Assembly: GCF_009914755.1 (NCBI RefSeq)
Contig: NC_060928.1
From: the human T2T-CHM13v2.0 reference genome, Homo sapiens
Direction: 5' to 3' (one strand)
DNA: 64,000 nucleotides
Positions 9,892 to 24,143 of the stretch are shown piece by piece. Under the pieces are notes generated by a model. The model saw nothing but the letters and a program-made list of their open reading frames with translations, was not told where the DNA came from and did no database searches. The translations under genes and the position numbers were made by a program. How positions within the stretch are numbered: the first letter of the stretch is position 1; each line of letters begins with the position of its first letter.

Positions 9892-12800
9892 TCTCAGTGG
9901 AAGTACCGACCCACACGTAGGGGTGCACACACACACGCACACACACAGACACACACATAACTACACCCAGAAGCGCGCACGCAAACACACACACACCCAC
10001 ACAAACACGAACACCGTCAATCCTACATAAACTAATGAGGAGCCCAAGTTTCTGTCTCTACAACAGGGACAACTGGATAGTGATGGCTACATCTCAGGAT
10101 GAGCCCGCATATGGGAAACATCAAGTTTTGTGGTCGTGAGTCTTCCGAACCTCTGGTGGGACTGTCTGAGTGTTTGTGTTCATGATAGGTGACATTCAGT
10201 GTGTATTTCTGAATATGACCTACCGACGTGTAGGTTTGCGTGTGAGGTAATTGCAGGGGACTCGGTTTCGTATTTTCTCTTGGGGTGTGTTTCATTCGTC
10301 AGTTGTTGGTCGGCATGAGAAGGTGAAAGGTGGCTCATGTGGGACATCCGTGGATCATTCTCGCCACCTTGAATAGTGGAAACTGGAATGCATTTGGAAG
10401 AGAAGAACGGTGCTCTTCTTTCTTCCCCGGGCTCGCCGTTTTTACACTGGTTCCTGAATGGACCTCAGGCGCCCTGGGACTTGTGCTCTTGCTGGAACCC
10501 ACATAACGCCGGAAGCGGACAGACCGACTTGCCTGTTTCACGGTGCCCGCTTCCCATGAGTCGAAACGGAAAATTTTCCCACGGGCATGTAAGTCATCTG
10601 GAAGTAAGCTGTATTGATAATAAAGGAAAGCAAACACAGGAGTGTGTGTATTCAACTGAAATAAATTCAGAAAGCCCTGAAATCAATCTCACTGGGTGTG
10701 TTTAAAAATGGCATTTGGGGAATTTCTGGGTCATTTGTCCAGCTGCGAAAGCTGCATCTCTGAAGCACAGTCCCTGTCCCGCAGTGAGACTTATTTATCC
10801 GACGTGGTGTTTCCGTGGAAATGATTGTGGGAAATGGCCCCTTCCTTTGCTCTATTTGCTGATTAGACTTCATGGTCCCTTTCTCGTCAGGTACAGTGAT
10901 CAAAGTTGACCAACCCCAGAGGAAAGCTGCCCAGGGCACAACTCAGGGCTCCGTAGAACCACAGAATCTTGGGCGCAACCCTGCTCAAGCACCCAAATGT
11001 GCATACGAACAGGGTCTCCGTGTGACGTGTGTGAAAACTACAGTGTGATGAGCATGACTGGCAGACAGCTTATCGATTGGGCTCCCCTCAAAATCGGTTA
11101 TGAGCATTCAAGCACACCGATGCCCAGGTCCCGGCTGCAGGAATAAGACCCTCCAGGGTCTTGTGTGAAGCCTCGGCATCTGCATTGCTCATGCTTCTGG
11201 GGATCATTCTCCTGAAAATGGTGGCTCCTTTCTCCCTGTGGAGCATCTTTCTAAGCAGTGCTCTTTTCTTCCCCCAGGACACTTTACATCCGGCACAGGA
11301 AGCCTTCTGATGGAGCACACCTGGCCCATGAAAAGACAAGGGAAAGAAACGGGGCCAAAGGTCACAGTCCTCTCATCCCATCATCCTCCTTAAAATCATC
11401 CTAATTTCATGGGCCCTGAAGCCAGGGCTGTTTCTTTACACCTAGAGGCCTTGGCGCCGGGCCTCAATTCCGCCCTGTTCCTTACCGTCTAAGACATGTT
11501 GGGATAATCCCTAGAGCCAGGATCTTCATTCCTGCTAAGCCAGACAGCCGGAAGACACACCCAAATTCTGTCCCTCTTACTTCAGGGAACATGTCCACTT
11601 TCGGCAGCATTACAATTTTGGCACCAAATGTGCTAACTGCAATTCCACCATACAATGCGTAACTGGAAATGGAGGCAACATCTCCGATCCTGAACGATCG
11701 ATGCGAGAATCCAGGATATGCACGGCTTATTTTGGCCTTTTCCCACTGAAACAAGGGCCAGTATTAAAAATGGCACGCTATCCTCTGTTTCACTCCCTGC
11801 TTTTAAACGTCTCCGATGTTTCTCCCTGAGACAGGGCCTCACTTCCGTCAGCCGGGCTTTTCTACGCTATAATTTTCCTTGTTTGCTTTTGTCCAAATTA
11901 GAACTTTTTATTTCATCTCTAGGAAACGTTGATCCATTATCACATACGTATGGAAATATTATCACACATGCTGTGAGATACGTTGTTTTTATTTTCATCA
12001 ATTGTTTAATAAACAAAAGGTTATAGCTGGGATACCTTCTGAGTTCTCAAGTTTTTTGTTTCGTGTTTTCTTAAACTGCCGTCGCACGTCCGAAACCGCT
12101 CACTATGCAGTGTCATGACCGTCTCTCTTTTCTGGCAAACATAAATTTGGGGATTGTCATCAATTAGTCTCTCGGGGATTGCATGATTTCCCCAAAGGCT
12201 TTCACAGTCTACTTTGTGCACTGAGTATCTCTTCAAACTTCAGTGCATGTTTCTACCATTTCATGCTTTCTTATTTGGCAATCTAGCTTCCACAAGAGCA
12301 TTTCATGCAAAGACTTGTCTTCTTCTCCACTGGCAGGTAATTTCACTCGGATAGAGAATCAATAGGCTCAACGTGGAAAGGTTATCGCTGGAAGGTCTGT
12401 TTGATTCCACGGATCTCTCCTTTCTCATTAGGGAAGAAAATACGCTGTGCTAAATACTATACTTCATTGACTATCCTCAGGTCAGAAAGCGCACTTTCGA
12501 CTTCTTGTCTTTCCGTCGCTGAGAGGATGATGGCAGCTGCCAAAAGTACATACTTGGAAGTTCATCCCAGCAAAAACACACACACACACGCGCCCCCCCC
12601 CACACACACACACGAACACAATCACACACACACACACTCACACGGTTTCCTACGTAAAGATTTCTTCCCTGCCATTGCTTTACCTAAAATAAGGCAACTG
12701 TGTGGCCACTGTCCCAACCCGGTTACACTCCTATTATATGTGCCTATCATCCTGAGGAGTAATTTGATTCAGGTGTTCTGGAAGTCATGCTGTGGGCTGT

Positions 12801-13048
12801 GTCTGTTGAATTCCCAGCGATGCAAGGGGACACACCCTGTGACTCCTTCCTGAATTGAGTGCTGATATTTGATTGGCTTATCGCGCACCTGATGAGTGGG
12901 TGGGGTGTTCGCGGTTGGTGGGGGTGACTTACAGAAGGGCTGATGCGGCAAGAGAGCTCGTCATTTGAAGACTCTCTCGGAAGGGATAGCGTCTTTCTGC
13001 AACCTGCGGTCCCAGCAGAAAAACCTTGTGATCCTTGTTCCAGTCGAC

Positions 13049-14641
13049 ATGGAGGACGACTCACTCTACTTGGGAGGTGAGTGGCAGTTCAACCACTTTT
13101 CAAAACTCACATCTTCTCGGCCAGATGCAGCTTTTGCTGAAATCCAGCGGACTTCTCTCCCTGAGAAGTCACCACTCTCATGTGAGACCCGTGTCGACCT
13201 CTGTGATGATTTGGCTCCTGTGGCAAGACAGCTTGCTCCCAGGGAGAAGCTTCCTCTGAGTAGCAGGAGACCTGCTGCGGTGGGGGCTGGGCTCCAGAAT
13301 ATGGGAAATACCTGCTACGTGAACGCTTCCTTGCAGTGCCTGACATACACACCGCCCCTTGCCATCTACATGCTGTCCCGGGAGCACTCTCAAACGTGTC
13401 ATCGTCACAAGGGCTGCATGCTCTGTACGATGCAAGCTCACATCACACGGGCCCTCCACAATCCTGGCCACGTCATCCAGCCCTCACAGGCATTGGCTGC
13501 TGGCTTCCATAGAGGCAAGCAGGAAGATGCCCATGAATTTCTCATGTTCACTGTGGATGCCATGAAAAAGGCATGCCTTCCCGGGCACAAGCAGGTGGAT
13601 CATCACTCTAAGGACACCACCCTCATCCACCAAATATTTGGAGGCTACTGGAGATCTCAAATCAAGTGTCTCCACTGCCACGGCATTTCAGACACTTTTG
13701 ACCCTTACCTGGACATCGCCCTGGATATCCAGGCAGCTCAGAGTGTCCAGCAAGCTTTGGAACAGTTGGTGAAGCCCGAAGAACTCAATGGAGAGAATGC
13801 CTATCATTGTGGTGTTTGTCTCCAGAGGGCGCCGGCCTCCAAGACGTTAACTTTACACACCTCTGCCAAGGTCCTCATCCTTGTATTGAAGAGATTCTCC
13901 GATGTCACAGGCAACAAGATTGCCAAGAATGTGCAATATCCTGAGTGCCTTGACATGCAGCCATACATGTCTCAGCCGAACACAGGACCTCTCGTCTATG
14001 TCCTCTATGCTGTGCTGGTCCACGCTGGGTGGAGTTGTCACAACGGACATTACTTCTCTTATGTCAAAGCTCAAGAAGGCCAGTGGTATAAAATGGATGA
14101 TGCCGAGGTCACCGCCTCTAGCATCACTTCTGTCCTGAATCAACAGGCCTACGTCCTCTTTTACATCCAGAAGAGTGAATGGGAAAGACACAGTGAGAGT
14201 GTGTCAAGAGGCAGGGAACCAAGAGCCCTTGGCGCAGAAGACACAGACAGGCGAGCAACGCAAGGAGAGCTCAAGAGAGACTACCCCTGCCTCCAGGCCC
14301 CCGAGTTGGGCGAGCACTTGGTGGAAAGAGCCACTCAGGAAAGCACCTTAGACCACTGGAAATTCCTTCAAGAGCAAAACAAAACGAAGCCTGAGTTCAA
14401 CGTCAGAAAAGTCGAAGGTACCCTGCCTCCCGACGTACTTGTGATTCATCAATCAAAATACAAGTGTGGGATGAAGAACCATCATCCTGAACAGCAAAGC
14501 TCCCTGCTAAACCTCTCTTCGACGACCCCGACACATCAGGAGTCCATGAACACTGGCACACTCGCTTCCCTGCGAGGGAGGGCCAGGAGATCCAAAGGGA
14601 AGAACAAACACAGCAAGAGGGCTCTGCTTGTGTGCCAGTGA
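13049..14641 (+). CDS. USP17L: USP17-like deubiquitinase, 530 aa, copy 3 (N106I)
   Basis: Intact ORF; protein identical to copy 2. Confidence 0.97.
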   Translation: MEDDSLYLGGEWQFNHFSKLTSSRPDAAFAEIQRTSLPEKSPLSCETRVDLCDDLAPVARQLAPREKLPLSSRRPAAVGAGLQNMGNTCYVNASLQCLTYTPPLAIYMLSREHSQTCHRHKGCMLCTMQAHITRALHNPGHVIQPSQALAAGFHRGKQEDAHEFLMFTVDAMKKACLPGHKQVDHHSKDTTLIHQIFGGYWRSQIKCLHCHGISDTFDPYLDIALDIQAAQSVQQALEQLVKPEELNGENAYHCGVCLQRAPASKTLTLHTSAKVLILVLKRFSDVTGNKIAKNVQYPECLDMQPYMSQPNTGPLVYVLYAVLVHAGWSCHNGHYFSYVKAQEGQWYKMDDAEVTASSITSVLNQQAYVLFYIQKSEWERHSESVSRGREPRALGAEDTDRRATQGELKRDYPCLQAPELGEHLVERATQESTLDHWKFLQEQNKTKPEFNVRKVEGTLPPDVLVIHQSKYKCGMKNHHPEQQSSLLNLSSTTPTHQESMNTGTLASLRGRARRSKGKNKHSKRALLVCQ

Positions 14642-17600
14642 TCTCAGTGGAAGTACCGACCCACACGTAGGGGTGCACACACACACGCACACACACAGAC
14701 ACACACATAACTACACCCAGAAGCGCGCACGCAAACACACACACACCCACACAAACACGAACACCGTCAATCCTACATAAACTAATGAGGAGCCCAAGTT
14801 TCTGTCTCTACAACAGGGACAACTGGATAGTGATGGCTACATCTCAGGATGAGCCCGCATATGGGAAACATCAAGTTTTGTGGTCGTGAGTCTTCCGAAC
14901 CTCTGGTGGGACTGTCTGAGTGTTTGTGTTCATGATAGGTGACATTCAGTGTGTATTTCTGAATATGACCTACCGACGTGTAGGTTTGCGTGTGAGGTAA
15001 TTGCAGGGGACTCGGTTTCGTATTTTCTCTTGGGGTGTGTTTCATTCGTCAGTTGTTGGTCGGCATGAGAAGGTGAAAGGTGGCTCATGTGGGACATCCG
15101 TGGATCATTCTCGCCACCTTGAATAGTGGAAACTGGAATGCATTTGGAAGAGAAGAACGGTGCTCTTCTTTCTTCCCCGGGCTCGCCGTTTTTACACTGG
15201 TTCCTGAATGGACCTCAGGCGCCCTGGGACTTGTGCTCTTGCTGGAACCCACATAACGCCGGAAGCGGACAGACCGACTTGCCTGTTTCACGGTGCCCGC
15301 TTCCCATGAGTCGAAACGGAAAATTTTCCCACGGGCATGTAAGTCATCTGGAAGTAAGCTGTATTGATAATAAAGGAAAGCAAACACAGGAGTGTGTGTA
15401 TTCAACTGAAATAAATTCAGAAAGCCCTGAAATCAATCTCACTGGGTGTGTTTAAAAATGGCATTTGGGGAATTTCTGGGTCATTTGTCCAGCTGCGAAA
15501 GCTGCATCTCTGAAGCACAGTCCCTGTCCCGCAGTGAGACTTATTGATCCGACGTGGTGTTTCCGTGGAAATGATTGTGGGAAATGGCCCCTTCCTTTGC
15601 TCTATTTGCTGATTAGACTTCATGGTCCCTTTCTCGTCAGGTACAGTGATCAAAGTTGACCAACCCCAGAGGAAAGCTGCCCAGGGCACAACTCAGGGCT
15701 CCGTAGAACCACAGAATCTTGGGCGCAACCCTGCTCAAGCACCCAAATGTGCATACGAACAGGGTCTCCGTGTGACGTGTGTGAAAACTACAGTGTGATG
15801 AGCATGACTGGCAGACAGCTTATCGATTGGGCTCCCCTCAAAATCGGTTATGAGCATTCAAGCACACCGATGCCCAGGTCCCGGCTGCAGGAATAAGACC
15901 CTCCAGGGTCTTGTGTGAAGCCTCGGCATCTGCATTGCTCATGCTTCTGGGGATCATTCTCCTGAAAATGGTGGCTCCTTTCTCCCTGTGGAGCATCTTT
16001 CTAAGCAGTGCTCTTTTCTTCCCCCAGGACACTTTACATCCGGCACAGGAAGCCTTCTGATGGAGCACACCTGGCCCATGAAAAGACAAGGGAAAGAAAC
16101 GGGGCCAAAGGTCACAGTCCTCTCATCCCATCATCCTCCTTAAAATCATCCTAATTTCATGGGCCCTGAAGCCAGGGCTGTTTCTTTACACCTAGAGGCC
16201 TTGGCGCCGGGCCTCAATTCCGCCCTGTTCCTTACCGTCTAAGACATGTTGGGATAATCCCTAGAGCCAGGATCTTCATTCCTGCTAAGCCAGACAGCCG
16301 GAAGACACACCCAAATTCTGTCCCTCTTACTTCAGGGAACATGTCCACTTTCGGCAGCATTACAATTTTGGCACCAAATGTGCTAACTGCAATTCCACCA
16401 TACAATGCGTAACTGGAAATGGAGGCAACATCTCCGATCCTGAACGATCGATGCGAGAATCCAGGATATGCACGGCTTATTTTGGCCTTTTCCCACTGAA
16501 ACAAGGGCCAGTATTAAAAATGGCACGCTATCCTCTGTTTCACTCCCTGCTTTTAAACGTCTCCGATGTTTCTCCCTGAGACAGGGCCTCACTTCCGTCA
16601 GCCGGGCTTTTCTACGCTATAATTTTCCTTGTTTGCTTTTGTCCAAATTAGAACTTTTTATTTCATCTCTAGGAAACGTTGATCCATTATCACATACGTA
16701 TGGAAATATTATCACACATGCTGTGAGATACGTTGTTTTTATTTTCATCAATTGTTTAATAAACAAAAGGTTATAGCTGGGATACCTTCTGAGTTCTCAA
16801 GTTTTTTGTTTCGTGTTTTCTTAAACTGCCGTCGCACGTCCGAAACCGCTCACTATGCAGTGTCATGACCGTCTCTCTTTTCTGGCAAACATAAATTTGG
16901 GGATTGTCATCAATTAGTCTCTCGGGGATTGCATGATTTCCCCAAAGGCTTTCACAGTCTACTTTGTGCACTGAGTATCTCTTCAAACTTCAGTGCATGT
17001 TTCTACCATTTCATGCTTTCTTATTTGGCAATCTAGCTTCCACAAGAGCATTTCATGCAAAGACTTGTCTTCTTCTCCACTGGCAGGTAATTTCACTCGG
17101 ATAGAGAATCAATAGGCTCAACGTGGAAAGGTTATCGCTGGAAGGTCTGTTTGATTCCACGGATCTCTCCTTTCTCATTAGGGAAGAAAATACGCTGTGC
17201 TAAATACTATACTTCATTGACTATCCTCAGGTCAGAAAGCGCACTTTCGACTTCTTGTCTTTCCGTCGCTGAGAGGATGATGGCAGCTGCCAAAAGTACA
17301 TACTTGGAAGTTCATCCCAGCAAAAACACACACACACACGCGCCCCCCCCCCACACACACACACGAACACAATCACACACACACACACTCACACGGTTTC
17401 CTACGTAAAGATTTCTTCCCTGCCATTGCTTTACCTAAAATAAGGCAACTGTGTGGCCACTGTCCCAACCCGGTTACACTCCTATTATATGTGCCTATCA
17501 TCCTGAGGAGTAATTTGATTCAGGTGTTCTGGAAGTCATGCTGTGGGCTGTGTCTGTTGAATTCCCAGCGATGCAAGGGGACACACCCTGTGACTCCTTC

Positions 17601-17799
17601 CTGAATTGAGTGCTGATATTTGATTGGCTTATCGCGCACCTGATGAGTGGGTGGGGTGTTCGCGGTTGGTGGGGGTGACTTACAGAAGGGCTGATGCGGC
17701 AAGAGAGCTCGTCATTTGAAGACTCTCTCGGAAGGGATAGCGTCTTTCTGCAACCTGCGGTCCCAGCAGAAAAACCTTGTGATCCTTGTTCCAGTCGAC

Positions 17800-19392
17800 A
17801 TGGAGGACGACTCACTCTACTTGGGAGGTGAGTGGCAGTTCAACCACTTTTCAAAACTCACATCTTCTCGGCCAGATGCAGCTTTTGCTGAAATCCAGCG
17901 GACTTCTCTCCCTGAGAAGTCACCACTCTCATGTGAGACCCGTGTCGACCTCTGTGATGATTTGGCTCCTGTGGCAAGACAGCTTGCTCCCAGGGAGAAG
18001 CTTCCTCTGAGTAGCAGGAGACCTGCTGCGGTGGGGGCTGGGCTCCAGAATATGGGAAATACCTGCTACGTGAACGCTTCCTTGCAGTGCCTGACATACA
18101 CACCGCCCCTTGCCAACTACATGCTGTCCCGGGAGCACTCTCAAACGTGTCATCGTCACAAGGGCTGCATGCTCTGTACGATGCAAGCTCACATCACACG
18201 GGCCCTCCACAATCCTGGCCACGTCATCCAGCCCTCACAGGCATTGGCTGCTGGCTTCCATAGAGGCAAGCAGGAAGATGCCCATGAATTTCTCATGTTC
18301 ACTGTGGATGCCATGAAAAAGGCATGCCTTCCCGGGCACAAGCAGGTGGATCATCACTCTAAGGACACCACCCTCATCCACCAAATATTTGGAGGCTACT
18401 GGAGATCTCAAATCAAGTGTCTCCACTGCCACGGCATTTCAGACACTTTTGACCCTTACCTGGACATCGCCCTGGATATCCAGGCAGCTCAGAGTGTCCA
18501 GCAAGCTTTGGAACAGTTGGTGAAGCCCGAAGAACTCAATGGAGAGAATGCCTATCATTGTGGTGTTTGTCTCCAGAGGGCGCCGGCCTCCAAGACGTTA
18601 ACTTTACACACCTCTGCCAAGGTCCTCATCCTTGTATTGAAGAGATTCTCCGATGTCACAGGCAACAAGATTGCCAAGAATGTGCAATATCCTGAGTGCC
18701 TTGACATGCAGCCATACATGTCTCAGCCGAACACAGGACCTCTCGTCTATGTCCTCTATGCTGTGCTGGTCCACGCTGGGTGGAGTTGTCACAACGGACA
18801 TTACTTCTCTTATGTCAAAGCTCAAGAAGGCCAGTGGTATAAAATGGATGATGCCGAGGTCACCGCCTCTAGCATCACTTCTGTCCTGAATCAACAGGCC
18901 TACGTCCTCTTTTACATCCAGAAGAGTGAATGGGAAAGACACAGTGAGAGTGTGTCAAGAGGCAGGGAACCAAGAGCCCTTGGCGCAGAAGACACAGACA
19001 GGCGAGCAACGCAAGGAGAGCTCAAGAGAGACTACCCCTGCCTCCAGGCCCCCGAGTTGGGCGAGCACTTGGTGGAAAGAGCCACTCAGGAAAGCACCTT
19101 AGACCACTGGAAATTCCTTCAAGAGCAAAACAAAACGAAGCCTGAGTTCAACGTCAGAAAAGTCGAAGGTACCCTGCCTCCCGACGTACTTGTGATTCAT
19201 CAATCAAAATACAAGTGTGGGATGAAGAACCATCATCCTGAACAGCAAAGCTCCCTGCTAAACCTCTCTTCGACGACCCCGACACATCAGGAGTCCATGA
19301 ACACTGGCACACTCGCTTCCCTGCGAGGGAGGGCCAGGAGATCCAAAGGGAAGAACAAACACAGCAAGAGGGCTCTGCTTGTGTGCCAGTGA
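17800..19392 (+). CDS. USP17L: USP17-like deubiquitinase, 530 aa, copy 4
   Basis: Intact ORF; protein identical to copy 1. Confidence 0.97.
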   Translation: MEDDSLYLGGEWQFNHFSKLTSSRPDAAFAEIQRTSLPEKSPLSCETRVDLCDDLAPVARQLAPREKLPLSSRRPAAVGAGLQNMGNTCYVNASLQCLTYTPPLANYMLSREHSQTCHRHKGCMLCTMQAHITRALHNPGHVIQPSQALAAGFHRGKQEDAHEFLMFTVDAMKKACLPGHKQVDHHSKDTTLIHQIFGGYWRSQIKCLHCHGISDTFDPYLDIALDIQAAQSVQQALEQLVKPEELNGENAYHCGVCLQRAPASKTLTLHTSAKVLILVLKRFSDVTGNKIAKNVQYPECLDMQPYMSQPNTGPLVYVLYAVLVHAGWSCHNGHYFSYVKAQEGQWYKMDDAEVTASSITSVLNQQAYVLFYIQKSEWERHSESVSRGREPRALGAEDTDRRATQGELKRDYPCLQAPELGEHLVERATQESTLDHWKFLQEQNKTKPEFNVRKVEGTLPPDVLVIHQSKYKCGMKNHHPEQQSSLLNLSSTTPTHQESMNTGTLASLRGRARRSKGKNKHSKRALLVCQ

Positions 19393-22300
19393 TCTCAGTG
19401 GAAGTACCGACCCACACGTAGGGGTGCACACACACACGCACACACACAGACACACACATAACTACACCCAGAAGCGCGCACGCAAACACACACACACCCA
19501 CACAAACACGAACACCGTCAATCCTACATAAACTAATGAGGAGCCCAAGTTTCTGTCTCTACAACAGGGACAACTGGATAGTGATGGCTACATCTCAGGA
19601 TGAGCCCGCATATGGGAAACATCAAGTTTTGTGGTCGTGAGTCTTCCGAACCTCTGGTGGGACTGTCTGAGTGTTTGTGTTCATGATAGGTGACATTCAG
19701 TGTGTATTTCTGAATATGACCTACCGACGTGTAGGTTTGCGTGTGAGGTAATTGCAGGGGACTCGGTTTCGTATTTTCTCTTGGGGTGTGTTTCATTCGT
19801 CAGTTGTTGGTCGGCATGAGAAGGTGAAAGGTGGCTCATGTGGGACATCCGTGGATCATTCTCGCCACCTTGAATAGTGGAAACTGGAATGCATTTGGAA
19901 GAGAAGAACGGTGCTCTTCTTTCTTCCCCGGGCTCGCCGTTTTTACACTGGTTCCTGAATGGACCTCAGGCGCCCTGGGACTTGTGCTCTTGCTGGAACC
20001 CACATAACGCCGGAAGCGGACAGACCGACTTGCCTGTTTCACGGTGCCCGCTTCCCATGAGTCGAAACGGAAAATTTTCCCACGGGCATGTAAGTCATCT
20101 GGAAGTAAGCTGTATTGATAATAAAGGAAAGCAAACACAGGAGTGTGTGTATTCAACTGAAATAAATTCAGAAAGCCCTGAAATCAATCTCACTGGGTGT
20201 GTTTAAAAATGGCATTTGGGGAATTTCTGGGTCATTTGTCCAGCTGCGAAAGCTGCATCTCTGAAGCACAGTCCCTGTCCCGCAGTGAGACTTATTTATC
20301 CGACGTGGTGTTTCCGTGGAAATGATTGTGGGAAATGGCCCCTTCCTTTGCTCTATTTGCTGATTAGACTTCATGGTCCCTTTCTCGTCAGGTACAGTGA
20401 TCAAAGTTGACCAACCCCAGAGGAAAGCTGCCCAGGGCACAACTCAGGGCTCCGTAGAACCACAGAATCTTGGGCGCAACCCTGCTCAAGCACCCAAATG
20501 TGCATACGAACAGGGTCTCCGTGTGACGTGTGTGAAAACTACAGTGTGATGAGCATGACTGGCAGACAGCTTATCGATTGGGCTCCCCTCAAAATCGGTT
20601 ATGAGCATTCAAGCACACCGATGCCCAGGTCCCGGCTGCAGGAATAAGACCCTCCAGGGTCTTGTGTGAAGCCTCGGCATCTGCATTGCTCATGCTTCTG
20701 GGGATCATTCTCCTGAAAATGGTGGCTCCTTTCTCCCTGTGGAGCATCTTTCTAAGCAGTGCTCTTTTCTTCCCCCAGGACACTTTACATCCGGCACAGG
20801 AAGCCTTCTGATGGAGCACACCTGGCCCATGAAAAGACAAGGGAAAGAAACGGGGCCAAAGGTCACAGTCCTCTCATCCCATCATCCTCCTTAAAATCAT
20901 CCTAATTTCATGGGCCCTGAAGCCAGGGCTGTTTCTTTACACCTAGAGGCCTTGGCGCCGGGCCTCAATTCCGCCCTGTTCCTTACCGTCTAAGACATGT
21001 TGGGATAATCCCTAGAGCCAGGATCTTCATTCCTGCTAAGCCAGACAGCCGGAAGACACACCCAAATTCTGTCCCTCTTACTTCAGGGAACATGTCCACT
21101 TTCGGCAGCATTACAATTTTGGCACCAAATGTGCTAACTGCAATTCCACCATACAATGCGTAACTGGAAATGGAGGCAACATCTCCGATCCTGAACGATC
21201 GATGCGAGAATCCAGGATATGCACGGCTTATTTTGGCCTTTTCCCACTGAAACAAGGGCCAGTATTAAAAATGGCACGCTATCCTCTGTTTCACTCCCTG
21301 CTTTTAAACGTCTCCGATGTTTCTCCCTGAGACAGGGCCTCACTTCCGTCAGCCGGGCTTTTCTACGCTATAATTTTCCTTGTTTGCTTTTGTCCAAATT
21401 AGAACTTTTTATTTCATCTCTAGGAAACGTTGATCCATTATCACATACGTATGGAAATATTATCACACATGCTGTGAGATACGTTGTTTTTATTTTCATC
21501 AATTGTTTAATAAACAAAAGGTTATAGCTGGGATACCTTCTGAGTTCTCAAGTTTTTTGTTTCGTGTTTTCTTAAACTGCCGTCGCACGTCCGAAACCGC
21601 TCACTATGCAGTGTCATGACCGTCTCTCTTTTCTGGCAAACATAAATTTGGGGATTGTCATCAATTAGTCTCTCGGGGATTGCATGATTTCCCCAAAGGC
21701 TTTCACAGTCTACTTTGTGCACTGAGTATCTCTTCAAACTTCAGTGCATGTTTCTACCATTTCATGCTTTCTTATTTGGCAATCTAGCTTCCACAAGAGC
21801 ATTTCATGCAAAGACTTGTCTTCTTCTCCACTGGCAGGTAATTTCACTCGGATAGAGAATCAATAGGCTCAACGTGGAAAGGTTATCGCTGGAAGGTCTG
21901 TTTGATTCCACGGATCTCTCCTTTCTCACTAGGGAAGAAAATACGCTGTGCTAAATACTATACTTCATTGACTATCCTCAGGTCAGAAAGCGCACTTTCG
22001 ACTTCTTGTCTTTCCGTCGCTGAGAGGATGATGGCAGCTGCCAAAAGTACATACTTGGAAGTTCATCCCAGCAAAAACACACACACACACGCGCCCCCCC
22101 CCCACACACACACACGAACACAATCACACACACACACACTCACACGGTTTCCTACGTAAAGATTTCTTCCCTGCCATTGCTTTACCTAAAATAAGGCAAC
22201 TGTGTGGCCACTGTCCCAACCCGGTTACACTCCTATTATATGTGCCTATCATCCTGAGGAGTAATTTGATTCAGGTGTTCTGGAAGTCATGCTGTGGGCT

Positions 22301-22550
22301 GTGTCTGTTGAATTCCCAGCGATGCAAGGGGACACACCCTGTGACTCCTTCCTGAATTGAGTGCTGATATTTGATTGGCTTATCGCGCACCTGATGAGTG
22401 GGTGGGGTGTTCGCGGTTGGTGGGGGTGACTTACAGAAGGGCTGATGCGGCAAGAGAGCTCGTCATTTGAAGACTCTCTCGGAAGGGATAGCGTCTTTCT
22501 GCAACCTGCGGTCCCAGCAGAAAAACCTTGTGATCCTTGTTCCAGTCGAC

Positions 22551-24143
22551 ATGGAGGACGACTCACTCTACTTGGGAGGTGAGTGGCAGTTCAACCACTT
22601 TTCAAAACTCACATCTTCTCGGCCAGATGCAGCTTTTGCTGAAATCCAGCGGACTTCTCTCCCTGAGAAGTCACCACTCTCATGTGAGACCCGTGTCGAC
22701 CTCTGTGATGATTTGGCTCCTGTGGCAAGACAGCTTGCTCCCAGGGAGAAGCTTCCTCTGAGTAGCAGGAGACCTGCTGCGGTGGGGGCTGGGCTCCAGA
22801 ATATGGGAAATACCTGCTACGTGAACGCTTCCTTGCAGTGCCTGACATACACACCGCCCCTTGCCAACTACATGCTGTCCCGGGAGCACTCTCAAACGTG
22901 TCATCGTCACAAGGGCTGCATGCTCTGTACGATGCAAGCTCACATCACACGGGCCCTCCACAATCCTGGCCACGTCATCCAGCCCTCACAGGCATTGGCT
23001 GCTGGCTTCCATAGAGGCAAGCAGGAAGATGCCCATGAATTTCTCATGTTCACTGTGGATGCCATGAAAAAGGCATGCCTTCCCGGGCACAAGCAGGTGG
23101 ATCATCACTCTAAGGACACCACCCTCATCCACCAAATATTTGGAGGCTACTGGAGATCTCAAATCAAGTGTCTCCACTGCCACGGCATTTCAGACACTTT
23201 TGACCCTTACCTGGACATCGCCCTGGATATCCAGGCAGCTCAGAGTGTCCAGCAAGCTTTGGAACAGTTGGTGAAGCCCGAAGAACTCAATGGAGAGAAT
23301 GCCTATCATTGTGGTGTTTGTCTCCAGAGGGCGCCGGCCTCCAAGACGTTAACTTTACACACCTCTGCCAAGGTCCTCATCCTTGTATTGAAGAGATTCT
23401 CCGATGTCACAGGCAACAAGATTGCCAAGAATGTGCAATATCCTGAGTGCCTTGACATGCAGCCATACATGTCTCAGCCGAACACAGGACCTCTCGTCTA
23501 TGTCCTCTATGCTGTGCTGGTCCACGCTGGGTGGAGTTGTCACAACGGACATTACTTCTCTTATGTCAAAGCTCAAGAAGGCCAGTGGTATAAAATGGAT
23601 GATGCCGAGGTCACCGCCTCTAGCATCACTTCTGTCCTGAATCAACAGGCCTACGTCCTCTTTTACATCCAGAAGAGTGAATGGGAAAGACACAGTGAGA
23701 GTGTGTCAAGAGGCAGGGAACCAAGAGCCCTTGGCGCAAAAGACACAGACAGGCGAGCAACGCAAGGAGAGCTCAAGAGAGACCACCCCTGCCTCCAGGC
23801 CCCCGAGTTGGGCGAGCACTTGGTGGAAAGAGCCACTCAGGAAAGCACCTTAGACCACTGGAAATTCCTTCAAGAGCAAAACAAAACGAAGCCTGAGTTC
23901 AACGTCAGAAAAGTCGAAGGTACCCTGCCTCCCGACGTACTTGTGATTCATCAATCAAAATACAAGTGTGGGATGAAGAACCATCATCCTGAACAGCAAA
24001 GCTCCCTGCTAAACCTCTCTTCGACGACCCCGACACATCAGGAGTCCATGAACACTGGCACACTCGCTTCCCTGCGAGGGAGGGCCAGGAGATCCAAAGG
24101 GAAGAACAAACACAGCAAGAGGGCTCTGCTTGTGTGCCAGTGA
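22551..24143 (+). CDS. USP17L: USP17-like deubiquitinase, 530 aa, copy 5 (E397K)
   Basis: Intact ORF with N364, K397, H412 and G421, a mixed variant pattern. Confidence 0.97.
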
